The position numbers and the translations under genes are program-made. A stretch of 64,000 nucleotides of DNA from Oculina patagonica (lineage: Eukaryota), in assembly GCF_052425735.1 (NCBI RefSeq), contig NC_135761.1:24118001-24182000 (forward strand), written 5' to 3'. Each line of letters begins with the position of its first letter. The stretch's first letter is position 1. The notes under the pieces are model-generated. The model ran no database searches. It was not told the DNA's origin and saw only the letters and a program-made list of their open reading frames with translations. Positions 62,881 through 64,000 of this stretch are shown here, piece after piece.

Positions 62881-63513
62881 ATAGCAATGTCCTCGTTTCC
62901 GATTTCGTCTGTGGACGAAAAAGCCGCCGAGTCATATCATCGAAAGCGTCTCGCTGTTCTTATATTTGTTGAATTGTAGTTATTTATCGTTTCCAAGAGA
63001 AACATTTAACCTTGACAGAAGATGATATAAGTTCAGTTTCATTAGCATGCCCTACCGCCTCCCCCGCCGGAAGTATTGCAACCGAATTTAGAGAAGGGAA
63101 AGCACTATCAGACATTTCCCCCAAATATAAGAATGCATTTCACTCCTGTCATGACTATTTTAGAGAAGATAGCTGTCTTTCTTCATGTCCTTTAATCAGA
63201 TTACAAAGTGAACATGCCAGCCATTCCGCCCCCTTTCATAGAACTACTTCGCTTAGGTTAAACTGAAATCCCCCAATCTTTTAACAATAAACAAATTCTA
63301 TGACAAAAACTGTCAGACAAGCATTTGCTAAAACAATAATTTCATTCGCCCTCGATGGACATGTCAATGAGATGATCATAATCAACTCGCACTTCATGCT
63401 TTTTGATTATTTTGTCGCCTGATTTCCAACTCATGCTCATGGAATAATTGTAACATAATATGAAACAATTACGATATAATAATTGTCTGTATTATCATAC
63501 ATTCCACAGAGAT

Positions 63514-64000
63514 ATGGCGACTTGTGATGATGATTTCTTATGCATTTTGCAAGATGACAGCCAAGAAGGAGAGCAAGAAATTCCAGATATTGGTCATTCT
63601 CCAGCCGAAGCTACAACATCAAAGTCTATCAGTTTTGACATGTGGAATGGTTGTACCCTAGGAAACTTTAGGGCCAAACTGGGTCAAAACAGGACATTCA
63701 AACCTATTTGTATTTATCTGCTTAAAGAAGTTACAGAGTTTCTGAGTAGGTTCAACATTCAGTACCTGGTTTGTGGTGGCACAGCTCTGTCAGTGTACAG
63801 GGAAGGTGGGAAAATGATATGTCATGATGGGGATGTTGATATTGCCATATTTGAGTCTGACTTTTCAAGTGTTATGCAGAATCTTTCTGCCTTAACTTCC
63901 AAGCAAGATGGTTACATAAGCCTGTCAGACAAATGCCCTGTGAATGGAACAAGTTGGTTTAATGTAGATGGAAGCGAAATCTTGTACAACGGATGTGGTG
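63514..64000 (+). CDS. LicD/fukutin-family nucleotidyltransferase-fold protein (5' part, runs off window)
   Basis: Open frame from ATG 63514, just after acceptor ccacag: MATCDDDFL...LLKEVTEFLSRFNIQYLVCGGTALSVYREGGKMICHDGDVDIAIF, matching the LicD pattern GGT-LG--R-G---PWD-D-D. Confidence 0.8.
   Translation, partial: MATCDDDFLCILQDDSQEGEQEIPDIGHSPAEATTSKSISFDMWNGCTLGNFRAKLGQNRTFKPICIYLLKEVTEFLSRFNIQYLVCGGTALSVYREGGKMICHDGDVDIAIFESDFSSVMQNLSALTSKQDGYISLSDKCPVNGTSWFNVDGSEILYNGCG

Overview
Eukaryotic, AT-rich, intron-containing animal DNA. The repeat landscape and gene content suggest a cnidarian, probably a stony coral (inference). There are two assembly gaps, at 13469-13620 and 60435-60566. 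Genes reconstructed by hand from GT-AG splice sites, left to right: an orphan 182-aa coiled-coil gene (+); an R3H-domain gene (+); a complete 9-exon WWOX (-); MAF1, the Pol III repressor (-); a 71-aa small ORF (+); an 8-exon CIB2/3-like EF-hand gene (-); an intronless large-Maf-type bZIP gene (-); an array of intronless PDIK1L/STK35-like kinases (three intact, three decayed); and the 5' part of a LicD/fukutin-family nucleotidyltransferase (+). Intergenic and intronic DNA is full of MITEs, tRNA-derived SINEs and LINE 3' ends. The most unusual region is the kinase array at 50.6-64 kb. Its three intact paralogues end in three different candidate membrane anchors (polybasic+CaaX, terminal CC, microsatellite-derived hydrophobic tail) and have a Tyr-kinase-like P+1 loop. 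The region also carries nine TTCYNRGAA (STAT/GAS) sites, some in a divergent promoter apparently shared with the nucleotidyltransferase. This is a candidate STAT-inducible immune or stress module, and that interpretation is inference only. The WWOX-Maf linkage mirrors human 16q23.
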